Origin: Betaproteobacteria bacterium RIFCSPLOWO2_02_FULL_68_150
GTDB lineage: Bacteria; Pseudomonadota; Gammaproteobacteria; Burkholderiales; SG8-39
NCBI GenBank assembly: GCA_001771975.1
Contig: MERE01000101.1
Span: 1 to 40,466 of the forward strand
Length of the DNA stretch: 40,466 bases
Reading direction: 5' to 3'
Position numbers and translations under genes: made by a program
The notes under the pieces: model-generated
Told to the model about the DNA's origin: nothing
Seen by the model: only the letters and a program-made list of their open reading frames with translations
Databases searched by the model: none
In this document: in pieces, positions 8,998 through 18,724 of the stretch
Position numbering within the stretch: the first letter of the stretch is position 1
Layout: the number at the start of each line of letters is the position of its first letter

Positions 8998-11495
8998 CAG
9001 TCCTCCTTGACCGCGCGCACGGGCGCCATGCCGGTGGCTTCGCGGCCGGAGACGTAGGCGGTGAGCAACGCCAATCCTATGAGCAGCAGCGACAATCCCG
9101 CCAGCAGGCCGTAGGGCAGATGCAGTTCCATGCCCCAGTTGAACGATTGGCGGTTGACTACATACACCAGCACCAGGCTGATGAGGGCGCCCAGTACCAG
9201 CCCCGCCGCCACGCCGAGCAGGGCCAGCAACCCGCCCTCGGCGGCGAGCATCGAGTTGATCTGCGCGCGCGTCATGCCGAGGTGGCGCAGCATGCCGAAT
9301 TCGCGGCGCCGCGACAGCACGATCGCGGCGACGCTCGATGAAAGGCCGAACAGACCCACCAGCACGGCGACCGCCTCGAGCGCATAGGTCACGGCAAAGG
9401 TGCGGTCGAACAGCCGCAGCGAAATGTCGCGGATCTCCCCGGGCGCCGCCATCTCGAGCAATTCGCCGCCCGGCAGCGCGCGCAGCGCCTGCATCGTGTC
9501 CGCTACGCTCGCTCCGGGCGCCAGCCAGAGCGTGGCGTCGTTGCTGCGCCGGTCGCCGGTCAGCTCTACGTAGAGCGCACGCTCCAGGACGATCGCGCCG
9601 TGCTGCCTGAGATAGTCGCGCCAGACGCCGGCAACCACGAACGGGTGATTGCGGCCGCCGACCGGCAGCGCGATGCGCTCACCGGGTGCGTAGCCGTACA
9701 GGTCCGCTACCGCCTCCGAGACCCAGGCCGGCGGCGGATCATCGCGCCTGCGTTGGTGGCGAGCGCCCACGAGCGGAAACACGAGCGCCGTCCCCTCGCG
9801 CGTCAGGTCGCGCGCCATGAGCGCGATCGGCGGGCGCCTCGCGTCGAGCGTGATGCGTCCGCTGCGGAGGAACTCCGCGCGCTGCACTTGCGGCAGCGCT
9901 TTCACGCGCACCTCGAGTTCCGGCTCGAGCCAGGCGGTCTCGCCGGCATGCGTGGTCCTGACGTACAGGTCAGCCGGCAGGACCGCGTCGAGCCACTGCT
10001 CGACCGAACTGCGCAGCGAAGCCACCATGATCGCCATCGCCACCATGAGCGAAAAGCTCGCCACGATCGCCGCGAGACTGACCATCGCCTGTCCGGGCGC
10101 GGCACGCAATTGCGCGAGCGCGAGCGCATACGGTACGCGCGCCGTGAGCGGGAGGCGCGCGAGCGCCGCCTGCGACAGCCACGGCATGAGCAGAATGCCG
10201 CCTACGAGCAGGCAGGCAATCGAGAGATAGCCGAACAGCGGAATGCCATCGAGCGGCCCGAATTGCGCCAGCACGGCGCCGGCCGCCAGCAGCGCCGCCC
10301 CCGGCCGCAACCCCGTCGCGCGCGCGAACAGACGCTGCTCGTCGCCGGCCTTGAGCGCCTGCGCCGGCGCCGTGCGCGCGGCATCGAGCGCGGGCAACAG
10401 CGCCCCGCCGGCCGCGATGGCGACGCCCGCGGCGAGATAGGCGATCGCGCTCCCAGCGGGAAAACTCAGCGCGGGCGCGACGCCGCGAAACATGCCCGCG
10501 CCGAGATCCGCGCCCGCAAAGCGCAGCGCCGCGCCGGCGAGCGCATAGCCGAGGGCGAGACCCGTCGCACTGCCGAGCACGCCGATCGCCGCCGCCTCGA
10601 CCAGCACCAGCCGCGTCACGCCGCGCCGCTCGAGCCCGAGCACGCGCAGCAGGGCATGCTCGCCGCGCCGGCGCGTCACCTCGAGCGCCTGCGCCGAAAA
10701 GACGAGAAAACCGCCCGTGAGAAGCGCCACCAGCGCCAGCACGTTCAGGTTGACGCGATACGCGCGCGACAACGCCGCGCCGCTGTCCTCGGCCATCTCC
10801 ACCGTGCTCACCAAGGTGCCGGCCGGCAGCAGCAAGGCGATGCGCGTGCGCATCGCCTCGCGATCGACGCCTGGCGCGAGGCGCAGGTCGACCCGGTTGA
10901 GCTGCCCGATCCGGTCGAGGCGCCATTGCGCCGTGGCGACGTCGGTGAGCGCGGCGGCGCCGCGCAAGGCCGACGCCGGCAGCACGCCCGCGATCTCCAG
11001 CTCTACGATGTCGAGCCCGGCCACGATGCGCAGCTTTTCTCCGGCGCCGAGCGCCAGCCGATCGGACGCCGCTGCCGAAAGGAAAACGACATCCGGCCGC
11101 AGCAGCTCGATGCGCCGCGCCGGATCGTCGGCGAACAGGGCCGGCTGCATTCGCGCCGCGCGCAGCGCATCGATCCCAACCAGGCGAATGGTGCGCTCGC
11201 CCGCGGCGAGACCGGCTTCGGCCTCAAGCACAGGACTCGCCGCCGCCACGCCGTCGAATTTCGCGAGCTGCACGTAGAGCGCCTCGTCGAATCCGCTGCG
11301 GCCGCCGCGCACCACCAGATCGGCTTCGCCGGCCAGCGAGCGCACGCCGGCGCCCAGCTCCTCCACCGCCGCGCGATTGATCAGGCTGACGGCAAAGCCG
11401 AGCGCTACGCCGAGCGCAATCCCGGCAATCGACAGCGCGGTGCGGCCCCACTGGTGGGCGAAGCGCGCGTTGAGAACGATGGCCAGGCGCCACAT
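8994..11495 (-). CDS. FtsX/MacB-like ABC transporter permease (AttF/G-type)
   Basis: Two MacB-periplasmic + FtsX repeats (RRGEHALLRVLG; RRREFGMLRHLG), C-terminal VRAVKEDW, adjacent to the AttH-like gene. Confidence 0.92.
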   Translation of the reverse strand: MWRLAIVLNARFAHQWGRTALSIAGIALGVALGFAVSLINRAAVEELGAGVRSLAGEADLVVRGGRSGFDEALYVQLAKFDGVAAASPVLEAEAGLAAGERTIRLVGIDALRAARMQPALFADDPARRIELLRPDVVFLSAAASDRLALGAGEKLRIVAGLDIVELEIAGVLPASALRGAAALTDVATAQWRLDRIGQLNRVDLRLAPGVDREAMRTRIALLLPAGTLVSTVEMAEDSGAALSRAYRVNLNVLALVALLTGGFLVFSAQALEVTRRRGEHALLRVLGLERRGVTRLVLVEAAAIGVLGSATGLALGYALAGAALRFAGADLGAGMFRGVAPALSFPAGSAIAYLAAGVAIAAGGALLPALDAARTAPAQALKAGDEQRLFARATGLRPGAALLAAGAVLAQFGPLDGIPLFGYLSIACLLVGGILLMPWLSQAALARLPLTARVPYALALAQLRAAPGQAMVSLAAIVASFSLMVAMAIMVASLRSSVEQWLDAVLPADLYVRTTHAGETAWLEPELEVRVKALPQVQRAEFLRSGRITLDARRPPIALMARDLTREGTALVFPLVGARHQRRRDDPPPAWVSEAVADLYGYAPGERIALPVGGRNHPFVVAGVWRDYLRQHGAIVLERALYVELTGDRRSNDATLWLAPGASVADTMQALRALPGGELLEMAAPGEIRDISLRLFDRTFAVTYALEAVAVLVGLFGLSSSVAAIVLSRRREFGMLRHLGMTRAQINSMLAAEGGLLALLGVAAGLVLGALISLVLVYVVNRQSFNWGMELHLPYGLLAGLSLLLIGLALLTAYVSGREATGMAPVRAVKEDW

Positions 11496-11539
11496 GGCCC
11501 GTATCTTAATCGCCCGGGAGTGTTAGCCTTTGCGTCGCC

Positions 11540-13084
11540 ATGGGGCATATGCGGAGCATCGGCAGACGGGTCCTGGCTGATGTCGTGCTCGGGAATCTTG
11601 CGGGTGCGGTCCTCACTTTCCTTTATTTCCAGCTCCTCGACCCGGCAGCGCACGAGGGCGTCGGCCGCGTCGAGCGCGACGACCTGCTGTTCTTCGTGTT
11701 CGCTTCGGCCGCGATCGTCGCCGTCGGCTTCGCGTCCAGCGGCGGTTGGGCGCGCGCCGTGCTGAGATTCAGCGGAACGCCGCCGGCGGGAACCGACGGC
11801 GACGAGTTGCGCCGGCGTGCGTTGCTCGTCCCTGGCTTCTTCGCGCTGCTCTCGTTCGCCGCCTGGATGCTGGCGTCGCTCGTTTTCGGCGTGCTGCGGC
11901 CGCTGCTCAGCGACAGCTTCGCGGCCGGGCGGGCGCTGCGGCAGATCTTCGGCATCCTGTTCGTCTCCGGCACCATGGTCACGGCGCTCGTGTTTTTCCG
12001 CGTCGAGCGGCTGTGGCGCGACGAACTGCCGCGCTTTTTTCCCGACGGCGTCCTGAGCCCGATTCCGGTGCCGCGCTTGCGCGTACGCACGCGCATGCTG
12101 GTCGTCTTCCTGCTCATCGGCCTGCTGCCGCTCGCGGTGCTCGCGGTTGCGGCGCTCACCCGTGCGCGCGCCTTGCTCTCGGCCGATCCCGCGACCGCCG
12201 AAGAGATCATCCACAACCTGATCCTGGTCGTCAGCCTGCTCGCCGCCGCCGGCCTGCTGTTGTCGCTTCGGCTCGCGACCGCGCTCGCAGCGAGCGTTGC
12301 GCGTCCCTTGAGCGAGCTGCAGGCCGCCATGGCCCGCGTCGAGCGCGGTGCGCTCGATACACGCTGCGCGGTGCTGTCGAACGACGAGATCGGCGCGTTT
12401 GCCGAAGGATTCAACCGCATGGTCGCCGGACTGCGCGAACGCGAGGTGATCCGGGAAACCTTCGGCAAGTACATCAGTCCGGAAGTGCGCGACGAGATCC
12501 TCGCCGGACGCGTGCCTCTGGCCGGGGCGCTGCGCGAGGTTACGGTCCTCTTCGCGGACCTGCGCGACTTCACGCCCTGGGTCGAATCGACGCCCGCGAC
12601 CGAAGTGGTGGCCGACCTCAACGCCTACTTTACCGAGATGGACGGCGCAATCCGGGCGCATCGCGGCCTGGTGCTGCAGTTCATCGGCGACGAGATCGAG
12701 GCCGTGTTCGGGGCTCCGATCGCGGATCCGCAGCACGCCGATTCGGCGCTGCGCGCGGCGCTCGAGATGCGTCGCCGGCTCGAAGCCTGGAACGCCGCAC
12801 GGCGCGCGGCCGGCAAGATCGCCCTTCGGCATGGCATCGGAATCCATACCGGTACCGTGCTCGCCGGCAACATCGGCAGCGGCGAGCGCCTGTCGTACGC
12901 GCTGGTGGGCGATGCAGTGAATCTCGCCTCGCGCATCCAGTCGCTCAACAAGCAGCTCGGCACCGACGTTCTCGTCAGCGGAGCCACGCGGCAACGCCTC
13001 GGCAGCGGGTTCGACCTTTCGGCCCTGCCCGCGGTGCGGGTGAAAGGCCGCTCAGCGGAAGTCGAGGTCTACGCGGTCGCCTGA
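11540..13084 (+). CDS. Membrane class III adenylate/guanylate cyclase with HAMP domain
   Basis: About 6 TM helices, HAMP (DEIGAFAEGFNRM), VLFADLRDFT, QFIGDEIEAVFG, GDAVNLASR, VKGR. Confidence 0.93.
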   Translation: MGHMRSIGRRVLADVVLGNLAGAVLTFLYFQLLDPAAHEGVGRVERDDLLFFVFASAAIVAVGFASSGGWARAVLRFSGTPPAGTDGDELRRRALLVPGFFALLSFAAWMLASLVFGVLRPLLSDSFAAGRALRQIFGILFVSGTMVTALVFFRVERLWRDELPRFFPDGVLSPIPVPRLRVRTRMLVVFLLIGLLPLAVLAVAALTRARALLSADPATAEEIIHNLILVVSLLAAAGLLLSLRLATALAASVARPLSELQAAMARVERGALDTRCAVLSNDEIGAFAEGFNRMVAGLREREVIRETFGKYISPEVRDEILAGRVPLAGALREVTVLFADLRDFTPWVESTPATEVVADLNAYFTEMDGAIRAHRGLVLQFIGDEIEAVFGAPIADPQHADSALRAALEMRRRLEAWNAARRAAGKIALRHGIGIHTGTVLAGNIGSGERLSYALVGDAVNLASRIQSLNKQLGTDVLVSGATRQRLGSGFDLSALPAVRVKGRSAEVEVYAVA

Positions 13085-13159
13085 GCGCTCAGCGCTGCGC
13101 GAGCGCATTTTCGAAACGCTTCAACGTGTCCCCGGGCGCGGGAAATTCTTCGGGACATC

Positions 13160-14140
13160 CTAGTCGATAACGCGGTGGGCGCGCTTCAGCAGCGCCGCCG
13201 GCAGCGTCAGTCCGAGCGCGCCCGCTGTCTTGAGGTTGAGCACCAACTCGAACTTTTCCGACTGCTCGACGGCAATCGCGGCGGGCTGCGCTCCCTTCAG
13301 GATGCGGCTCGCAATCCGGGCGCCACGCCGCAGCGAATCGGCGATATCGGCGCCATAGGTCAGCAGCGCGCCGGCGTCGGCCCATTCGACGCGGTGTGCG
13401 ACCAGCGCGAGCCCGTTGCGCGCCGCGAACATTCCGATGTCGCGCCGGCGCGCAAACAGCGTCAGCGAGGAGCCCACCACCACCACCGTGACGCCATCGC
13501 GCCGGAAGCCGGCGAGAAGCTTGGCCACTGCCTCGTAGTTCGTGAACTCCGCCAGCGAAAGTTCCAATTTGGCGCGTTGCGCGGCGTCCTGGTGTGCCTG
13601 CTTCTGGCGTTCGTAGTCGGGGGCACGGCGATCGAGGAGGTATCCAATTCGTCCCACGCCCGGCCGCGCCTCCTTGAGCAGAGCAAACCGCCTTGCAACC
13701 ACGTTGCCGGACGCCCGTTGCACGCCGGTGGCATTGCGCCCCGGCCGCGCCAGCGACGCCACCAGTCCGCTCGTCACCGGGTCCGAAGTCGTCGTGAACA
13801 CGACCGGCAGCTTGTCGGTCACCTTGATCGCCGCCAGCGCAATACTGGCGCTGGTCGCAAAGATCAGATCCGGCCCGCGATCGGCGGCAACGGACACCAG
13901 CTGTTCCAGGTAATCCCGCATGCCGCGACCGGAAAGGCGTTCATAGGCGATGTTGCGGTCTTCCACCCATCCGAGGCGGCGCATCTCGTCGAAAAACGGC
14001 CGCACCGCCGGCTCGTCGTCCTCGGCATCGCCGGCGAACAGGACCACCACCCGCGCCTGGCGCGCCGGCTGCGCCCAGGCGGCACGCGGTGCCGCGAGGC
14101 TGACGCCGATCGCAGCGAGCAACGCCCTTCGCGAGTTCAA
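13160..14140 (-). CDS. ABC transporter substrate-binding protein (COG2984-like), no permease or ATPase nearby
   Basis: DPVTSGLVASLARPGRNATG, GALLTYG, ILKGAQPAAIAVEQ, FELVLNLKTAGALGL; TTG start with SRRALL signal. Confidence 0.9.
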   Translation of the reverse strand: MNSRRALLAAIGVSLAAPRAAWAQPARQARVVVLFAGDAEDDEPAVRPFFDEMRRLGWVEDRNIAYERLSGRGMRDYLEQLVSVAADRGPDLIFATSASIALAAIKVTDKLPVVFTTTSDPVTSGLVASLARPGRNATGVQRASGNVVARRFALLKEARPGVGRIGYLLDRRAPDYERQKQAHQDAAQRAKLELSLAEFTNYEAVAKLLAGFRRDGVTVVVVGSSLTLFARRRDIGMFAARNGLALVAHRVEWADAGALLTYGADIADSLRRGARIASRILKGAQPAAIAVEQSEKFELVLNLKTAGALGLTLPAALLKRAHRVID

Positions 14141-14152
14141 GCCTGCGACCTC

Positions 14153-15169
14153 CTAGAACCCTTCCAGCACCAGCTTGCCGACCACGTGCCCCTGTTCGAG
14201 CCGCTGGTGCGCCCGCTTCAGGTTGGCGGCATTGATGCTGCCCAGATTTTCCTTCAGCGTGGAGCGCAGCAGCTCCACCTCGACGAGCGCCGCGGCTTCG
14301 CAGAGCAGTTCGTGCTGCGCGATCATGTCGGCAGTGCCGAAGCTCGAGCGCGTGAACATGCCCTCCCACGAAAAGGCGAGGCTCTTCGGCTGCAGCAGCG
14401 CGAGATCCACGGGCCGCGCGTTGCGCACGATCGAGCCGATGCGGCCCTGCGGCTTGACCAGCCTGGGAAACTCCGCGAAGTAGCGGTCGGTGTCGCTGAA
14501 GCACACCACGTAGTCGACCTCCGGCTCGCCGAGCGCCTGCAACTGCTCGGGCAGCGCTCGCGTGTGATCGATCGTGGCATCGGCGCCGAGCGACCTGACC
14601 CACGCCGTCGACTCGGGTCTCGAGGCGGTTGCAATCACCTTCAGTTTCGCCAGTCGTTTCGCGAGCTGGATCGCGATCGAGCCGACGCCGCCCGCGCCGC
14701 CCAGAATCAGCAACGAGCGTCCGGCATGCGCACCGGATTTCGAGATTCCCATGCGCTCGAACATCAGCTCCCAGGCAGTGATCGTGGTGAGCGGCAGCGC
14801 GGCCGCCTCGGCAAACGACAGCGTCGCCGGTTTCCTGCCGACGATGCGCTCGTCGACGAGCTGAAACTCGCAGTTCGCGCCCGGGCGCACGATGCTGCCG
14901 GCGTAGTAGACCTCGTCGCCCGGACTGAACAGGGTCGCTTCCGGCCCCGCTGCCCGCACCACGCCTGCGGCATCCCAGCCGAGGATGCGCGGTGTCGTTT
15001 CCGCGGTGTCCTTCGGCGCGCGCTGCTTCGTGTCCAGCGGGTTCACCGAAACGGCCTTCACCTCGACCAGCAGCTCGCGCGCCTCGGCGACGGGCGTCTC
15101 GACGTCGAGATCGAGCAGCGCATCGGGATGGTCGATCGGAAGATAGCGGTACAGGCCGACGGCTTTCAT
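14153..15169 (-). CDS. Zinc-type alcohol dehydrogenase-like (quinone oxidoreductase/MDR) protein
   Basis: VKAVSVNPLD, ILGWDAAG, AAALPLTTITAWE, GGAGGVGS, GKLVLEGF. Confidence 0.93.
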   Translation of the reverse strand: MKAVGLYRYLPIDHPDALLDLDVETPVAEARELLVEVKAVSVNPLDTKQRAPKDTAETTPRILGWDAAGVVRAAGPEATLFSPGDEVYYAGSIVRPGANCEFQLVDERIVGRKPATLSFAEAAALPLTTITAWELMFERMGISKSGAHAGRSLLILGGAGGVGSIAIQLAKRLAKLKVIATASRPESTAWVRSLGADATIDHTRALPEQLQALGEPEVDYVVCFSDTDRYFAEFPRLVKPQGRIGSIVRNARPVDLALLQPKSLAFSWEGMFTRSSFGTADMIAQHELLCEAAALVEVELLRSTLKENLGSINAANLKRAHQRLEQGHVVGKLVLEGF

Positions 15170-15227
15170 GCGGGGTTCGGCAACGGGGTCAGAGTAAAAT
15201 CCTGCCGAATCATAACGCCCATTCTAA

Positions 15228-16910
15228 ATGGCCAAGCCTTCCCGGAGCCCGCAGCCGCCGTCCAGCTCCAATTTCATCCGCCAGATCATCGAGGCCGACC
15301 TCGCCTCGGGCAAGCACAAGCGCATTTGCACGCGTTTTCCGCCCGAGCCGAACGGTTACCTGCATTTCGGCCATGCCAAGTCGATCTGCCTCAACTTCGG
15401 GCTGGCGAAAGACTATGGCGGACGCTGCAACCTGCGCTTTGACGACACCAACCCGGAGAAGGAGGAGCAGGAGTACGTCGATTCGATCATCGATGCGGTG
15501 AAATGGCTGGGATTCGACTTCGGCGGCGCGGCGCTCTACGCGAGCGACTACTTCGACTTCATGTATCGCGCCGCCGAGTATCTGGTCGAGTCCGGCCACG
15601 CCTACGTCGACAGCCAGTCCGCCGAGGAGATGCGCGCCAGCCGCGGCACGTTTTCCGAGCCCGGCCGGGACAGCCCCTGTCGCATCCGCTCCCCGGCGGA
15701 GAACCTGCGCCTGTTGCGCGAGATGAGGGACGGGAAACACGCCGACGGCGCGCACGTGCTGCGCGCCAGGATCGACATGGCCTCGCCCAACATCAACCTG
15801 CGCGATCCGGTGATTTACCGCATCAAGAAAGCAACGCACCATCGTACCGGCGACACGTGGTGCCTCTACCCGATGTACACCTACGCGCATCCGATCGAGG
15901 ACGCGCTCGAGCACGTCACGCACTCGGTGTGCACGCTCGAGTTCGAGGACCAGCGGCCGTTCTACGACTGGCTGCTCGAGCGCCTCGCCGAGGGCGGCCT
16001 GCTCAAGCGGCCGCTGCCGCAGCAGATCGAGTTCGCGCGCCTCAACCTCACCTACGTCGTGTTGTCCAAGCGCAAGCTGGTCCAGTTGGTCCAGGAAGGC
16101 CATGTCGAGGGCTGGGATGATCCGCGCATGCCGACACTCATGGGCGCGCGCCGGCGCGGCTACACCGCCGAAGGGTTGCGCCGCTTCGCGGAACGCATCG
16201 GCGTCTCGAAGGCGAACCAGCTGATCGATCTTGCGGTGCTCGAGGACTGCATGCGCGAGCACCTGAACGAGGTCGCGCCGCGCCGCATGGCGGTGCTCGA
16301 CCCGGTGAAACTGGTGATCGAGAACTATCCCGATGATCGCGAAGAACAGGTGGACGTTCCCAATCATCCGCAGAAACCCGACTGGGGCAGGCGCCAGGTG
16401 CCGTTTGCGAGGGAACTGTGGATCGAGCGCGAGGACTTCATGGCAACGCCGCCCAAGGGCTACTTCCGGTTGTTTCCGGGCAATCGGGTGCGCCTGCGCT
16501 ATGCCTACGTCGTGGAGTGCATCGGGTACGACGTCGCGACAGAAACGGTTCGCTGCAGGCTGTTCGAAGATTCGCGCTCGGGAACGCCCGGCGCGGACCA
16601 GTACAAAGTGAAGGGCAACATCCACTGGGTGAGCGTCAAGCACGCCGGCGCCGCCGCAGTCGGGCTCTACGACCGCCTGTTCAAGGTACCGAACCCCGGT
16701 GGCGGCGAGCGGGATTTCCTGCTCGATCTCAATCCGGATTCGAAGAAGATGATCACGGCGAAACTCGAGCCCGCCCTGCGCAATGCGCAGGCGGGCGAAT
16801 GCGTGCAGTTCGAGCGGCACGGCTATTTCGTGGTCGACGGGCCGGATTCGGCGCCCGGCGCGCTGCAATTCAATCGCGCGGTGACTTTGAGGGATTCGTG
16901 GAGCCGGTAG
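15228..16910 (+). CDS. glnS: Glutamine--tRNA ligase
   Basis: TRFPPEPNGYLHFGHAKS (HIGH motif variant), RFDDTNP, CTLEFED, LSKRKL, GWDDPRMPT, QFERHGYF. Confidence 0.97.
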   Translation: MAKPSRSPQPPSSSNFIRQIIEADLASGKHKRICTRFPPEPNGYLHFGHAKSICLNFGLAKDYGGRCNLRFDDTNPEKEEQEYVDSIIDAVKWLGFDFGGAALYASDYFDFMYRAAEYLVESGHAYVDSQSAEEMRASRGTFSEPGRDSPCRIRSPAENLRLLREMRDGKHADGAHVLRARIDMASPNINLRDPVIYRIKKATHHRTGDTWCLYPMYTYAHPIEDALEHVTHSVCTLEFEDQRPFYDWLLERLAEGGLLKRPLPQQIEFARLNLTYVVLSKRKLVQLVQEGHVEGWDDPRMPTLMGARRRGYTAEGLRRFAERIGVSKANQLIDLAVLEDCMREHLNEVAPRRMAVLDPVKLVIENYPDDREEQVDVPNHPQKPDWGRRQVPFARELWIEREDFMATPPKGYFRLFPGNRVRLRYAYVVECIGYDVATETVRCRLFEDSRSGTPGADQYKVKGNIHWVSVKHAGAAAVGLYDRLFKVPNPGGGERDFLLDLNPDSKKMITAKLEPALRNAQAGECVQFERHGYFVVDGPDSAPGALQFNRAVTLRDSWSR

Positions 16911-16937
16911 CACTGGCGCGCCAAGCGTTTGATTTGA

Positions 16938-16966
16938 TTGACGGAGTGTCGTAATACCTGTATAAA
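16938..16966 (+). promoter_or_regulatory. sigma70 promoter of cspA
   Basis: TTGACG-N17-TATAAA, giving a 5'UTR of ~135 nt with SD GAGGA before the ATG at 17107. Confidence 0.8.
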
Positions 16967-17106
16967 CGACCGGGCAGGATTCTCAAGCAGTGAAAAGGCC
17001 GGTCAGGCGGTAGCGTTCGCGCTGTGCTCATCAGGTAGATTTTCTCTTCCTTGATTTTCCGCAGGGCAGATCGCCCTTTTCTTTCATTCAGATCGAGGAC
17101 ACAGAC

Positions 17107-17310
17107 ATGAGTACCGGTACCGTGAAATGGTTCAACGACGCCAAGGGTTTTGGATTCATCACGCCTGACGACGGCGGCAAAGACCTCTTCGTTCACTTTT
17201 CTGCCATCCAGGCCGGCGGCTTCAAGTCGCTGAAGGAAAACGACAAGGTGCAGTTCGACGTGGGCCAGGGCGCGAAGGGTCCGAACGCCACCAACGTCAA
17301 GCCGCTGTAA
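17107..17310 (+). CDS. cspA: Cold-shock protein (CspA family)
   Basis: [15 protein letters not shown] (RNP1), LFVHFSAI (RNP2), 67 aa. Confidence 0.96.
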   Translation: MSTGTVKWFNDAKGFGFITPDDGGKDLFVHFSAIQAGGFKSLKENDKVQFDVGQGAKGPNATNVKPL

Positions 17311-17326
17311 TGAGGCAGGCAGGCTG

Positions 17327-17355
17327 AAAAAGGCCCGGACTTCCGGGCTTTTTTT
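17327..17355 (+). terminator. Intrinsic terminator after cspA (A-tract on the 5' side, possibly bidirectional)
   Basis: AAAAAG-GCCCGG-ACTT-CCGGGC-TTTTTTT. Confidence 0.9.
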
Positions 17356-17375
17356 GTTTCATCGGGGGACTCACC

Positions 17376-17612
17376 ATGCAAATCCTGGCACGCGGCCGAA
17401 TCGCGCACTGGAGCAGGGAAAAGATCGACACCTTGAGCACGCTCGAGCTGCGGCAGCTGCTCGCGAACGCGCAGCGGCTGCAGGAGACGGAAATCGCGGC
17501 GCTCTGCAACGAGTTGCTCGGCGCGCGCCCGAGAGGGCACGGCGTGGTGCGCCGGCAGAAGCCGAAAGGCAAAGCGGGCGCACCGGTTGCGCGCGGCAGG
17601 GCGACGGAATGA
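17376..17612 (+). CDS. Hypothetical 78-aa basic helical protein (A1), paralog of the N-terminus of 22147-22764
   Basis: GGGGGAC SD; about 47/73 identical residues with A2 by manual alignment; stop overlaps the next ATG. Confidence 0.8.
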   Translation: MQILARGRIAHWSREKIDTLSTLELRQLLANAQRLQETEIAALCNELLGARPRGHGVVRRQKPKGKAGAPVARGRATE

Positions 17613-17941
17613 GGAACCCTGTAGCCGTGCGCAGGCGTTACACGATCGGCAGGTACGAAATCGTCGCGCAGCCGATTCCGCACGCTGCGCAGATGTTCCG
17701 CTACACCGTGTTTGTCGACGGCAGGCGCATCGGGACGATGGCCAGCGTGCCCTCGGAGGCCGATTGCGTATCGATGGAGAAGCCGCCGATCGTTCCGCCG
17801 CTGGTGCCCTATCAGGTGGTCTATCGCCCGGGGCGCCCCAAGAAGGGTACCCCGCCGCGCACGACCGGCGATGCGGCTCCGCCGCCGCACGAAGACTTGC
17901 CGCACGGCATGTCGTTTCCCCAGGCCACGGACGAGCGCTAG
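17609..17941 (+). CDS. Hypothetical 110-aa protein (B1), paralog of 22781-23125
   Basis: ATGA coupling to A1; about 48/80 identical residues with B2; YRPGRPKK motif. Confidence 0.82.
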   Translation: MRNPVAVRRRYTIGRYEIVAQPIPHAAQMFRYTVFVDGRRIGTMASVPSEADCVSMEKPPIVPPLVPYQVVYRPGRPKKGTPPRTTGDAAPPPHEDLPHGMSFPQATDER

Positions 17942-18010
17942 CGGCAGCTTCCCTCTCGCCAACACGCAGCACCGTTGCCAGGTTTCGCGGACTCGCCTAA
18001 GTTCGGCGTC

Positions 18011-18724
18011 ATGCGCTACGAGCTCCATTACTGGCCGGACATCCAGGGGCGCGGCGAATTCATCCGCCTTGCGCTCGAGGACGCCGGCGCCGACTACGTC
18101 GACGTTGCGCGCCGGCCGCGCGGCGCGGCTACGCTGGAGCGGTTGCTGCGAAGCCGTTCCGTGGCGCGAGCGCCGTTTGCAGCGCCATTCCTGCGCGCGG
18201 GCAAGCAGGTAATCGGGCAGACCGCGAACATCCTGCTGTTTCTCGGCCCGCGCCTGCGGCTGGCGCCGAAACGCGAGACCGACCGGCTCTGGGTGCACCA
18301 GCTGCAGCTGACGATCGCCGACTGGCTCGGCGAAGCGCACGACACGCATCACCCGGTCGCGGGCAGCCTGCACTACGAGCAGCAGAAACACGAGGCGAAG
18401 CGGCGTGCCGCGAATTTCATCGGCGAGCGGCTGCCGAAATTCCTGGACTATTTCGAGACGGTCTTGCGACGCAACCCGGGCGGCTATCTACTCGGGAAGA
18501 GGGTCTGCTACGCCGATCTGTCGCTGTTCCAGATGGTCGAGGGGCTGCGCTACGCATTTCCGCGCGCGATGGCAAGGCTGGAGCGCGGGTATCCCCGAGT
18601 GATGGCGCTGCATGATCGCGCAGCTTTGCGCCCGCGCCTGGCCACGTATCTTGCATCGTCGCGGCGCATTCCTTTCAACCAGCAGGGGATCTTCCGCCGC
18701 TACCCCGAGCTGGATCCGGTCTGA
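18011..18724 (+). CDS. Glutathione S-transferase
   Basis: YELHYWPDIQGRGEFIRLALE, FAAPFL, QTANIL, YADLSLFQ; TTGCCA-N17-TAAGTT ends 7 nt before the ATG. Confidence 0.9.
   Translation: MRYELHYWPDIQGRGEFIRLALEDAGADYVDVARRPRGAATLERLLRSRSVARAPFAAPFLRAGKQVIGQTANILLFLGPRLRLAPKRETDRLWVHQLQLTIADWLGEAHDTHHPVAGSLHYEQQKHEAKRRAANFIGERLPKFLDYFETVLRRNPGGYLLGKRVCYADLSLFQMVEGLRYAFPRAMARLERGYPRVMALHDRAALRPRLATYLASSRRIPFNQQGIFRRYPELDPV

Noticed and set aside
15350-15380. HFGH instead of HIGH in GlnRS
   Set aside because: The second position of this motif tolerates hydrophobic substitutions, and the rest of the enzyme is canonical.
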